Assembly: GCA_041497115.1 (NCBI GenBank)
Contig: JBGQFW010000006.1
Span: forward strand, 5,698-69,697
Source of the DNA: Candidatus Methylomirabilia bacterium
GTDB taxonomy: Bacteria; Methylomirabilota; Methylomirabilia; Rokubacteriales; CSP1-6
DNA: 64,000 nt
Direction of reading: 5' to 3'
The translations under genes and the position numbers were made by a program. Below, piece by piece: positions 21,602 to 29,796 of this stretch; position 1 is the stretch's first letter; each line of letters starts with the position of its first letter. A model generated the notes under the pieces. The model worked only from the letters and a program-made list of their open reading frames with translations. It had not been told where the DNA came from and searched no databases.

Positions 21602-22717
21602 CTACAGCCCCAGCGCCGCCCTGTACACGCCCTCCAGCGCCGTCAGCATGTCGCGCACGTCGAACTCGCTCCGGGCGCGCGTGCGATTCTCGGCGCCCAG
21701 GCGGGCGCGCAGGTCGGCGTCGGCCAGCACGGCGCCCAGCCGCCCGGCCAGCGCCTCCACGGTGCCCGCCACGAGCCCCGCGGAGGCGGGGCCCAGCGTC
21801 TCGCGGTGGGCCGGGATGTCGCTGGCGACGACCGGCAGCCCCAGCGCCATCGCCTCGACGACGGCCAGCGGCAACCCCTCCTTGCGCGACGGCGCGGCGA
21901 AGACGTCGAAGGCGGCGAAGAGGCGGGCGGCCTCCGCCACCTCGCCGGCGAATCGCACGCGCTCGCCCAGCCGCAGCTCGGCGGCCAGCCCCCGCAGCGC
22001 CCGCTCCTCGGGGCCGTCGCCGATCAGCGCCACCGTCGGCGGCGGGGTCATGACGGCGGCCGCGCGCAGCAGCAGGTCCAGGCGCTTGACCTCGTCGAAG
22101 CGCGCCGCGGCGCCGATCACGGCGGCCGCCTGCGGCACCTGCAGCGCGGCCCGCGCGTCCCAGCGGTCGAGCGCGCGGGCCCCCAGGCGCGCGACGTCCA
22201 CGCCGTTGAGGATGACCACGCTCTGGCGGGGCTCGAACAGCCCGAGCGCCAGCCCCTCCTGCTCCTGCGCCCGCGAGACGTTGACGACGACCCGCGTCCA
22301 CGCCGACAGGCGACGCTCGAGGGCCAGGTAGGCCGCGCGCAGCGGACGCGGATAGCGCTCGTAGTGGATGCCGTGCAGCGTGTGGATCGCCGGCACACCG
22401 GTCATCCGCGCGGCGAGACGGGCGTGGAAGCCGGCGCCCTTGCCGTGCGAGTGCACGAGGCGCACGCCCCGGCGGCGGATCAGCCGCGCCAGGCGCAGCG
22501 TCGTGAGCGGCGACAAACCGCCGGCGGCGAGCGGGAGCGTCTCCACCCCGGCCTCGCGGAAGCGCGGGACGAGCGCGCCGCCGGCGGGCCCGGCCACGAT
22601 CGGCGTCCAGCCGCGCGCCCGCAGCCCGGTCGCCACCGCCAGCACGTGCTGCCCTCCCCCGCCCGCCTGCGTGGAGACGAGCACCTCGAGGATCGTGAGC
22701 GGGGCCGTGGCGCTCAC
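21602..22717 (-). CDS. glycosyltransferase family 4
   Basis: GTG at 22717 overlaps the upstream stop (GTGA). 371 aa, with a GGGQHV N-terminal motif and PSRKEGLPLAVVEAMALGLPVV. Confidence 0.85.
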   Translation of the reverse strand: MSATAPLTILEVLVSTQAGGGGQHVLAVATGLRARGWTPIVAGPAGGALVPRFREAGVETLPLAAGGLSPLTTLRLARLIRRRGVRLVHSHGKGAGFHARLAARMTGVPAIHTLHGIHYERYPRPLRAAYLALERRLSAWTRVVVNVSRAQEQEGLALGLFEPRQSVVILNGVDVARLGARALDRWDARAALQVPQAAAVIGAAARFDEVKRLDLLLRAAAVMTPPPTVALIGDGPEERALRGLAAELRLGERVRFAGEVAEAARLFAAFDVFAAPSRKEGLPLAVVEAMALGLPVVASDIPAHRETLGPASAGLVAGTVEALAGRLGAVLADADLRARLGAENRTRARSEFDVRDMLTALEGVYRAALGL

Positions 22718-23517
22718 GCGCGCGGGCCGGGACGGGCCGCCCGGAGGGCGCGGCGCAACGGGCGCGGCAGCGCCAGCGCCAGCGCCGGGCGCAGGGCGTA
22801 GAGCGCGCACCACGGCGGGTAGGCGCCGCTGCGCACGGCGCGCCAGCGCACGCGCGCCTCGGTGCGCAGGCGGTCGTCCTCGCGCTCGACCGACACGCGC
22901 CGGGCGCCGAGCCGGCGGACCACGAGGACCTCGGCGAGATTGGCCAGCCGCGTGACGCCGGCCAGGCGCATCCAGAGGTCGTAGTCCTGCGCCACCGCCA
23001 GCGTCTCGTCGTAGCCGCCCGCGCGCTCGAGCGCGGCGCGGCGCATGACCACCGAGGAGTGCACGAAGGGGTTGGCGCGGATCAGCGCGCGGCGCAGGGC
23101 GGCGTCGTCCGCGGGCGGCTGGACCAGGCGCACGGTGGCCCCGGCGGCGTCCACCTCGCGGGCGGCGGTGCCGAGCAGGCCGACCTCGGGGTGGCCCTCG
23201 AGGAACGCGCGCTGGCGGGCGAGCCGCTCGGGCAGGGCCCAGTCGTCGGCGTCCAGCCGCGCGATGAGATCCGCCTGCGCGGCGGCGAGCGCGCGGGTGA
23301 GCGCGCGGGTGAGGCCGGTGCGCTCCTGGCGTATCACACGAAGCCGCGGATCGCGCACCGCCGCCAGCAGCGCGGGCGTCGTGTCGGTGGAGCCGTCGTC
23401 CACGACGATCAGCTCGAGGTCGGACGCGGTCTGAGCCAGCACGCTGGCCACCGCGTCGGCCACCCACGGCGCGCCGTCGTGGACGGAGAGCAAGACCGAG
23501 ACGGCCGGCCGGCTCAT
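22714..23517 (-). CDS. glycosyltransferase family 2
   Basis: ATG at 23517 overlaps the upstream stop (ATGA). 267 aa, with VSVLLSVHDG, IVVDDGSTD and RLDADD. Confidence 0.85.
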   Translation of the reverse strand: MSRPAVSVLLSVHDGAPWVADAVASVLAQTASDLELIVVDDGSTDTTPALLAAVRDPRLRVIRQERTGLTRALTRALAAAQADLIARLDADDWALPERLARQRAFLEGHPEVGLLGTAAREVDAAGATVRLVQPPADDAALRRALIRANPFVHSSVVMRRAALERAGGYDETLAVAQDYDLWMRLAGVTRLANLAEVLVVRRLGARRVSVEREDDRLRTEARVRWRAVRSGAYPPWCALYALRPALALALPRPLRRALRAARPGPRA

Positions 23518-24452
23518 CGGTCCTTTCTGAACAGCAGATTGAAATACGGCAGCGCGAGCGACGGGGAGCGGCCGACGGCGCGCAGGACGCCGGCGGCGGC
23601 CGCGAACGCCGGCAGGGCGGCGCGGCGGGCGCGCGAGCGGGCGGTGGCGCGGAAGAACGCCAGGCCGTAGCCGGCGTCCTCGCTGACGTCCACCAGGCCG
23701 GCCGCGCCGTACGACGGCAGGCAGTCGGCGAGCGTGGCGTTGCGCCAGCCCGTGCCGTCGGCGGTGAACTCCGCGAAGCTCGTGGCGCGGTGCCGGTCGG
23801 GGCGCGCCCACCGCGCGTAGCGCCACGCCAGCCGCGGCGGCAGCCACTGCACGAGCGGCAGCCCGACCGAGTGCGTCTCCAGCGGGAAGGCCCGGTTCGG
23901 CGTGTCGAGGATCGCGATGTGGCCGCCGGGAGCGAGGACGCGGTAGTACTCGTCCACCTGCCGGCGCCGATGGCGGGCGGGCAGGTGCTCGACGACGCCC
24001 ACCGCCAGCACGAGATCGAAGCTGCCGTCGCCCCACGGCAGGCGGCAGGCTTCCGCCTGGTCGAGCTCCCGCACCTCGCGGACGACGCTCAGGCGGAGCT
24101 CCTCGACCTTGGCGCGCACGATCGTGACGAAGGCCGGATCGGTGTCGAACGTCGAGAGGGCCGCCACCTCGGGCTGCTCGGCGAGGTACTCCGTCATGTG
24201 ACCGAACGAGCAGCCGACCTCCAGCACGCGCAGGCCGCGCGCCCGGCGGGCGCGCAGGTAGTCGAACAGCGGGGCGAGGAAGCGCGGCCCGCGCGTCTCC
24301 TTGAATGCGAAGTAGAGCGGCGCCCGCCCGAGTCCCTTGCGCTCGATCAGCAGGCGGATGACGCGCTCGCTGTAGCGGGTGGTCCACTCGCGCCCGTCGG
24401 AGCGGAGGATTCGGCGGTCGCCGAGGTCCACGATCCGGAAGGGCTCGGCCAT
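23514..24452 (-). CDS. class I SAM-dependent methyltransferase
   Basis: 312 aa, with VLEVGCSFG (motif I) and YRVLAPGGHIAILD. Confidence 0.75.
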   Translation of the reverse strand: MAEPFRIVDLGDRRILRSDGREWTTRYSERVIRLLIERKGLGRAPLYFAFKETRGPRFLAPLFDYLRARRARGLRVLEVGCSFGHMTEYLAEQPEVAALSTFDTDPAFVTIVRAKVEELRLSVVREVRELDQAEACRLPWGDGSFDLVLAVGVVEHLPARHRRRQVDEYYRVLAPGGHIAILDTPNRAFPLETHSVGLPLVQWLPPRLAWRYARWARPDRHRATSFAEFTADGTGWRNATLADCLPSYGAAGLVDVSEDAGYGLAFFRATARSRARRAALPAFAAAAGVLRAVGRSPSLALPYFNLLFRKDR

Positions 24453-24466
24453 CGGCTCCCAGTGTG

Positions 24467-25288
24467 TCACGCCCGCCGGGCGACGACGAGCAGCATGTGG
24501 CCGAACAGCCGCAGCGAGGGCTCCGTGTAGAGCGCGGCGCGGATCGCCCCGCGCAGCCAGCCGCGCGCCCCTCCGCCGTGCGCCCCGCTGCCGCGCGCGC
24601 GCGCGGGCAACCCCGCGGCGGCGGGCGCGCCGGCGCGCAGCCGTGCCGCCAGCCGGCGCGGGAGCGCGGCGCGCAGCACGCGGGCCGGGTCGTAGGGGTG
24701 CGCGGCGAGCGGCGCGAAGCCGTGGCGGCCCAGCGCAGCCACCAGCTCGCCGCGCGAGAACGCGTACTGGTAGAAGCGTCCGCCGGCGGCGGCGAGCGCG
24801 CGGCCGCGGCGCCGGATCCACGGCGCGCCGAGGCGGCGCACACCGTTGACGTAGGGGACCGAGATCACCAGCGTGCCGCCGGGGGCCAGCACGCGCCGCG
24901 CCTCGGCGAGGATCGCGTCGGGGCCGGCCGCGTCGTGCTCGACGACGCCCAGCGAGACGTAGGCGGCGACGGCGCCGTCGCGCAGGGCCAGGCGCGTGAG
25001 CTCCATCGCGGCCAGCGGGGCGGGCGCCACGCGACGGCAGGCGGCCAGCGCCTCCACGCCCCAGTCCACCCCCACCGCCGCCCACCCGCGCTCGCGCAGC
25101 AGCAGCACGTACTGGCCCAGGCCGCACCCGCCCTCGAGCACCCGCCCGCCGCGGGGCAGCGCCCCGGTGATGAGCCCGGTCAGCGGCGAGCGCCGCGCCA
25201 GCGCCAGCAGCTCCTCGACCGAGTGGCCGCCCCAGTGGTCGCGCCAGAACTCGCGGTCGGCCGCGACCGAGTAGTAGGCGAGCCTCAC
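24467..25288 (-). CDS. class I SAM-dependent methyltransferase
   Basis: GTG at 25288 overlaps the upstream stop (GTGA). 273 aa, with VLEGGCGLG and RRVLAPGGTLVISVP. Confidence 0.8.
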   Translation of the reverse strand: MRLAYYSVAADREFWRDHWGGHSVEELLALARRSPLTGLITGALPRGGRVLEGGCGLGQYVLLLRERGWAAVGVDWGVEALAACRRVAPAPLAAMELTRLALRDGAVAAYVSLGVVEHDAAGPDAILAEARRVLAPGGTLVISVPYVNGVRRLGAPWIRRRGRALAAAGGRFYQYAFSRGELVAALGRHGFAPLAAHPYDPARVLRAALPRRLAARLRAGAPAAAGLPARARGSGAHGGGARGWLRGAIRAALYTEPSLRLFGHMLLVVARRA

Positions 25289-26892
25289 GCCCGCCGCCGC
25301 CACACCGACCAGCCGTCGCCCTCGAACGCCCGCTCGAAGTCCGCCGGCGCGCCCGCCGCCTCGAGGCCGGGCCCCACCAGCGCGTAGTCGGCCCCCGAGC
25401 GACGGGCGAGCGCGAACCAGCACTCCCGCCCGTGGATCGCGCGGCACGCCTCGAGCTCGCGGCTCTCCCGGTACCACGTGGTGAAGGGCCGGGTGCCGAC
25501 GAGGAAGAACAGCGCGCCGTCCTTGAACGAGCCGGTGATGGCCCGCCGCGCGCCGACGCGGAAGTCGAAGCTGTCGGTGAAGAACAGCGCGTCGGGCGGG
25601 GTGCGGGCGGCCGCCCACGCCGCCACCGCCCACGGGCCGGCGCGCGCCGGCGCGGCGGGCCCGGCCGCCCGCGGGGCGCCGACACCCAGCCACGCTTTCA
25701 CCTCGGCGCGCCGCTCGGCGGAGACGGCGTGGATGACCTCGCCGGGGGGAACGAGCGAGGCCACGAACAGCAGCGCGAGGGCGGCGCGCGCGCGCGGCGT
25801 CCGCCGCGCGAGCAGCGCGGCGTAGCTGAGGGCGAAGCCGCCGAGGAGGACGGGATACGCCAGCCGCACCATGCGGAGCTCCTGGATGTCGACGTAGGGG
25901 CGGTCGCGCCAGGCGCCCAGCGCCTGGATGGCCGCGGTGCCGGCGACGCCGAGGACGACCGCGCTCACGGCCACCACGTCCAGGGGCACCCGCAGCCGCT
26001 CGGGCGCGCGGCGCCGCCAGACGAGCCAGGCGCCCAGCGGCAGGCTCGCGTGGAAGAGCACGGAGAGCAGCGCGCTCGGCGCGATCGGGTAGAGCAGGTA
26101 CGGGAACTTGTAGTGCAGCGCCGCCCGCGCGAGCGACAGCGTGGCCGGGTCCGAGGCGTCGTCGCGCGCGGCGAAGAACGGCACCAGGTACGGCAGCGCG
26201 GCGATCACGAACAGCGCGACGCCGCCCGCCACCTGGAGGATCGCGCGCGGGCGCAGCCGCTCGAGCACGACGTGAGCGACCGCGGTGGCCTGGGCGAGCT
26301 GGTAGGCGGTCACCGGGTGGACGTTGAACAGCACGCCCAGCAGCAGGTAGAAGAGCGGGAACGTCCGCGAGCGCCGCCACGCCACGAAGAGCAGCAGCAG
26401 CAGCGGCACCAGCGCCGCCACGATCGTGCGGGTGGCCGCCGAGCGGACGCCGTCGAATCCCCAGAAGTCGCCGCCGAGCCCGTTGCGGATCGTCAGCGCC
26501 GAGAGGGCGGCCAGCCCGGCGGCCGCCCGGCTGCCGCTGAGCGCGCGGAAGAGGGCGTAGTGGCCGACGAGGTAGAGCGCGCCCATCGGCCACGCGAGCC
26601 ACACCAGCGCCGCCTCGACGTCGCCGCCGAGCCGGCGGGCGAGCGCGGCGTGCAGCCGGAGGAACCACGGCACGTGCAGCAGCACGGGATCGTGGCGGTA
26701 GAGCGGGTCGTGGGCGAGCACCGCCGGGTCGAGGATGCGCACCACCAGCAGGTCGTAGGCCTGCTGGTCGCTGCGCAGCGCCCGGTCGCCGGCCGCGGTG
26801 AGGGCGCCGGCCAGCAACAGGGCGGCGAGCGCGACCACCACCCACTCGAGGCCGGGGCGGCGGCTCAGCGGCGGACGCGCGGCCGGGCCCAT
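25285..26892 (-). CDS. large polytopic membrane protein with a C-terminal soluble domain (unassigned; possible membrane glycosyltransferase)
   Basis: About 535 aa from ATG at 26892, but the start is uncertain (28-nt overlap with the upstream GT2). It has more than 10 hydrophobic helices and a ~150-aa tail (DALFFTDSFDFR...). Confidence 0.6.
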   Translation of the reverse strand: MGPAARPPLSRRPGLEWVVVALAALLLAGALTAAGDRALRSDQQAYDLLVVRILDPAVLAHDPLYRHDPVLLHVPWFLRLHAALARRLGGDVEAALVWLAWPMGALYLVGHYALFRALSGSRAAAGLAALSALTIRNGLGGDFWGFDGVRSAATRTIVAALVPLLLLLFVAWRRSRTFPLFYLLLGVLFNVHPVTAYQLAQATAVAHVVLERLRPRAILQVAGGVALFVIAALPYLVPFFAARDDASDPATLSLARAALHYKFPYLLYPIAPSALLSVLFHASLPLGAWLVWRRRAPERLRVPLDVVAVSAVVLGVAGTAAIQALGAWRDRPYVDIQELRMVRLAYPVLLGGFALSYAALLARRTPRARAALALLFVASLVPPGEVIHAVSAERRAEVKAWLGVGAPRAAGPAAPARAGPWAVAAWAAARTPPDALFFTDSFDFRVGARRAITGSFKDGALFFLVGTRPFTTWYRESRELEACRAIHGRECWFALARRSGADYALVGPGLEAAGAPADFERAFEGDGWSVWRRRA

Positions 26893-27560
26893 TCGCGCAA
26901 CAGCAGGCCCAGGAACTTGAAGCCGACCGGCACCGCGTTGAGCTTGGACACCCCGCGGCCGACCCGGGGCCCCTCCTGCGTCGGGATCTCCAGCACGCGC
27001 AGCCCCTGGCGCAGCGCGCGCATCGACATCTGGAACTCGATCGCGTAGCCGTCGGCGTCGGGGTCGAGCCGCTGGAACGCCGCGCGGGTGACGGCGCGGT
27101 AGCCGTTGATCGTGTCGGTGATGCGGGGGCCGCGGAAGAGCGCGTTCACGAGCCAGGTGAACATCACGTTGCCCCACCGCCGGCTGGCGAAGAGGAACTT
27201 GTCGTCGTCCTCCGACCGCGCCCCCGCCATGAAGCGCGAGGCGATCACCATGTCGTAGCCGCGGTCGAGCCCCTCCACGAGCCGGGGAATGTCGGCGGGA
27301 TCCTCGTTGCCGTCGGGGCTGAAGAAGACGAGGAGGTCGTGGCGGGCGTGGCGGGCGGCCAGCCGGAACGCCTCGCCGCGGCCGCGGCGCTCCTGCTTGA
27401 CGACGCGCACGCCCCGCGCCTCGAAGAACTCCACGGTGCCGTCGGTGGAGCCGCCGTCCACCACCAGCACCTCGTCCACCCCCTGGGGCAGCTTGGGGAA
27501 GACGTGCCCGACGCCGTCGATCTCGTTGAGGGTGAGGACGACGAGGGTGAACGGCGTCAC
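26865..27560 (-). CDS. short GT2 glycosyltransferase (Dpm1/polyprenyl-phosphate glycosyltransferase-like)
   Basis: GTG at 27560 overlaps the upstream stop (GTGA). 231 aa, with LVVLTLNE, EVLVVDGGSTDGT and SPDGNED. It is a paralog of the GT2 at 58685..59362. Confidence 0.85.
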   Translation of the reverse strand: MTPFTLVVLTLNEIDGVGHVFPKLPQGVDEVLVVDGGSTDGTVEFFEARGVRVVKQERRGRGEAFRLAARHARHDLLVFFSPDGNEDPADIPRLVEGLDRGYDMVIASRFMAGARSEDDDKFLFASRRWGNVMFTWLVNALFRGPRITDTINGYRAVTRAAFQRLDPDADGYAIEFQMSMRALRQGLRVLEIPTQEGPRVGRGVSKLNAVPVGFKFLGLLLREWARPRVRR

Positions 27561-28507
27561 CGCGCGGCCCCCGCGCAGGCGTGGCGCGCGTACCACTCGA
27601 TGGTGCGGGCCAGCCCCTCGCGCAGTCCCACCGCCGCCTCGAAGCCGAACTCCCGGGCCGCCGCCGCCACGTCGGCGGAGCGCCGCCGCTGGCCGCTCGG
27701 CTTCGACGCGTCGAAGGCGATGCGGCCGCGGTAGCCGGTCAGGTCGGCGATGAGCGCGGCCAGGTCGCGCACGCTGATCTCGAAGCCGGCGCCCAGGTTG
27801 ACCGGCGCCCCGCCGTCGTACCGCTCGGCGGCCAGCACGATGCCGCGGGCGGCGTCCTCGACGTAGAGGAACTCGCGGGTGGCCAGCCCGTCGCCCCACA
27901 CGACGACCTCGGCGGCCCCCGCGGCGGCGGCCTCCACGAAGCGGCGGATCAGCGCGGGCACCACGTGCGAGCGGTCGGGATCGAAGTGATCCCCGGGGCC
28001 GTAGAGGTTCATCAGCAGCAGGTGGATGGCGTCGAAGCCGTACTGGGCCCGGTAGGCCTGCCCCTGCACGAGCATCATCTTCTTGGCCAGCCCGTACGGC
28101 CCGTTGGTGGGCTCGGGATAGCCCTCCCACAGCTCGTCCTCGCGGAACGGCACCCGCGCGTGCTCGGGGTAGGCGCACACCGAGCCGACGCCGACGAACT
28201 TGGCGACGCCGCGGCGCCGGGCGTGCTCCATCACCAGCGTGCTCATCATGACGTTGCGGTAGAAGATCGCGCCGGGGTTCGCCATGTTGAAGTCGATGCC
28301 GCCGACCTCGGCGGCGAGGTGCACCACCACGTCCACCGGCGGCCCGGCGAAGAGCCGGGCGACGTCCGCCTCGTGGGTGAGGTCGTACTCGCTCGCGCGG
28401 GGGGCGACGACGTCGGCGCAGCCGGCCGCCCGCAGCCGCTCGACGACGTGACGGCCGAGGAACCCGGCGCCGCCGGTGACGAGCACCCGGGCGCCCGCCA
28501 GCCTCAT
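27557..28507 (-). CDS. GDP-L-fucose synthase family epimerase/reductase (Fcl/ColC-like)
   Basis: ATG at 28507 overlaps the upstream stop (ATGA). 316 aa, with TGGAGFLG, GSVCAYP, PYGLAKK (YxxxK) and DRSHVVPA. Confidence 0.85.
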   Translation of the reverse strand: MRLAGARVLVTGGAGFLGRHVVERLRAAGCADVVAPRASEYDLTHEADVARLFAGPPVDVVVHLAAEVGGIDFNMANPGAIFYRNVMMSTLVMEHARRRGVAKFVGVGSVCAYPEHARVPFREDELWEGYPEPTNGPYGLAKKMMLVQGQAYRAQYGFDAIHLLLMNLYGPGDHFDPDRSHVVPALIRRFVEAAAAGAAEVVVWGDGLATREFLYVEDAARGIVLAAERYDGGAPVNLGAGFEISVRDLAALIADLTGYRGRIAFDASKPSGQRRRSADVAAAAREFGFEAAVGLREGLARTIEWYARHACAGAAR

Positions 28508-29775
28508 GCCCACCGGCTCATGAACTCGTCCACGCACTCCGTGACGTAGCCCCGCTCGCGCTCGCCGATGGCGTGATGGTTCCCGATGAAGAACGACTGC
28601 CGCATGATCAGCTCGGCATTGGTCAGCGGCCCGGCGATCCGGTGGTCGAACAGCGCGATGGCCGGCTGGTCCCGGAAGTTGCCGGCCATGATGGGCCGCG
28701 TCTCGATCCCCTTGGACTCCAGAAATGTCACCAGGTCGGCGCGGGTGAACGGCGCGTCCGGCCGCACGGTGATCGGGTAGCCGAACCATACCGAGCGCGA
28801 GCCGCCGCCCTCGCGGCCGGGGCACTCGATGAGCCAGTGGGCGTACTTGCGCAGCGCGGCGTTCCAGTCGTCCACGTTCTCGCGCCGGATCCGGATGAAC
28901 TCCTCCAGCTTCGGCACCTGGTGGATGCCGAAGGCGCCCTGGACCTCGGTCGGCCGCAGGTTGTAGCCGAGGTTCACGAACAGGAAGCGGTCGTCGATGC
29001 CGGGGTTCGGCACGTCGGGCTTGACCTGCACGTCGCGCGTCCAGCCGTGGGCGCGCAGCGTGCGGGCGAGGTCGGCGACGCGGTCGTCGTCGGTGACGAC
29101 CATGCCGCCCTCGATCGTGCTGATGTGGTGCGAGAAGTAGAAGCTGAAGGTGCCCATCGTGCCGAAGGTGCCGACCGTGCGCCCCTCGAAGCGCGCGCCG
29201 TGCGCCTCGCAGGTGTCCTCGACGATCAGCAGCCGATGGCGGCGGGCGAGGTCGCCGAGCGCGCGCATGTCGCAGGGGTTGCCGAGCAGGTGGACCGGCA
29301 TGATCGCCCGCGTGCGCGGCCCCACCGCGCGCTCGGCGGCGGCGGGATCGAGCGTGAACGTCTCGAGATCGACGTCCACCAGCACCGGCACCAGCCCCAC
29401 GTTGACGAGCGGGAAATAGGTCGTGGACCACGCTACCGCCGGCACCAGCACCTCGTCGCCCGGCGCGAGCCGGCCGGCGAACGCCGGGTTCACGAGCACG
29501 GCCGCCGCGATGAGGTTCGCCGAGGAGCCCGAGTTGACCATCACGGCGTGGCGCGCGCCGACGTACCCCGCCCACAGCGCCTCGAACCGCCGCACCCGGT
29601 CGCCCATCGTCACGCGCAGGCTGAGCAGCGCGTCGATCGCCTCGTTCACCTCGTCGGCGCCGTAGGAGGGCACGTGCAGCGGCAGCCGGACGCCGGCGGG
29701 GGGCTCGGGCAGGGCGAAGTACGACCGCACGAGCTCGCGGATGCGCGCGGCCAGGGCCGGGCGGGAGTCAGCCAT
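28504..29775 (-). CDS. ColD/E1-type PLP/PMP-dependent NDP-4-keto-6-deoxyhexose 3-dehydratase (DegT superfamily)
   Basis: 423 aa, with [28 protein letters not shown] and WFGY. The active-site segment [14 protein letters not shown] has His where DegT aminotransferases have the Schiff-base Lys. Confidence 0.85.
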   Translation of the reverse strand: MADSRPALAARIRELVRSYFALPEPPAGVRLPLHVPSYGADEVNEAIDALLSLRVTMGDRVRRFEALWAGYVGARHAVMVNSGSSANLIAAAVLVNPAFAGRLAPGDEVLVPAVAWSTTYFPLVNVGLVPVLVDVDLETFTLDPAAAERAVGPRTRAIMPVHLLGNPCDMRALGDLARRHRLLIVEDTCEAHGARFEGRTVGTFGTMGTFSFYFSHHISTIEGGMVVTDDDRVADLARTLRAHGWTRDVQVKPDVPNPGIDDRFLFVNLGYNLRPTEVQGAFGIHQVPKLEEFIRIRRENVDDWNAALRKYAHWLIECPGREGGGSRSVWFGYPITVRPDAPFTRADLVTFLESKGIETRPIMAGNFRDQPAIALFDHRIAGPLTNAELIMRQSFFIGNHHAIGERERGYVTECVDEFMSRWA

Positions 29776-29796
29776 CGCGCCGGGAGGGAGCGGCGA

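Noticed and set aside
18975-22301. The 1108-aa minus-strand ORF reads like one giant protein.
   Set aside because: Only the C-terminal 462 aa (from GTG at 20363) form the WcaJ-type transferase. The upstream two-thirds is Arg/Ala/Gly/Pro-rich read-through in a different frame from the two GT4 genes that really occupy 20357-22717.
28504-29775. Assignment of the His-containing DegT homolog as an E1-type (CDP-pathway, [2Fe-2S]) dehydrase.
   Set aside because: The protein has few cysteines, and none are in a pattern resembling the E1 iron-sulfur motif. No E3-type reductase gene is present. The overall sequence strings resemble ColD as I recall it.
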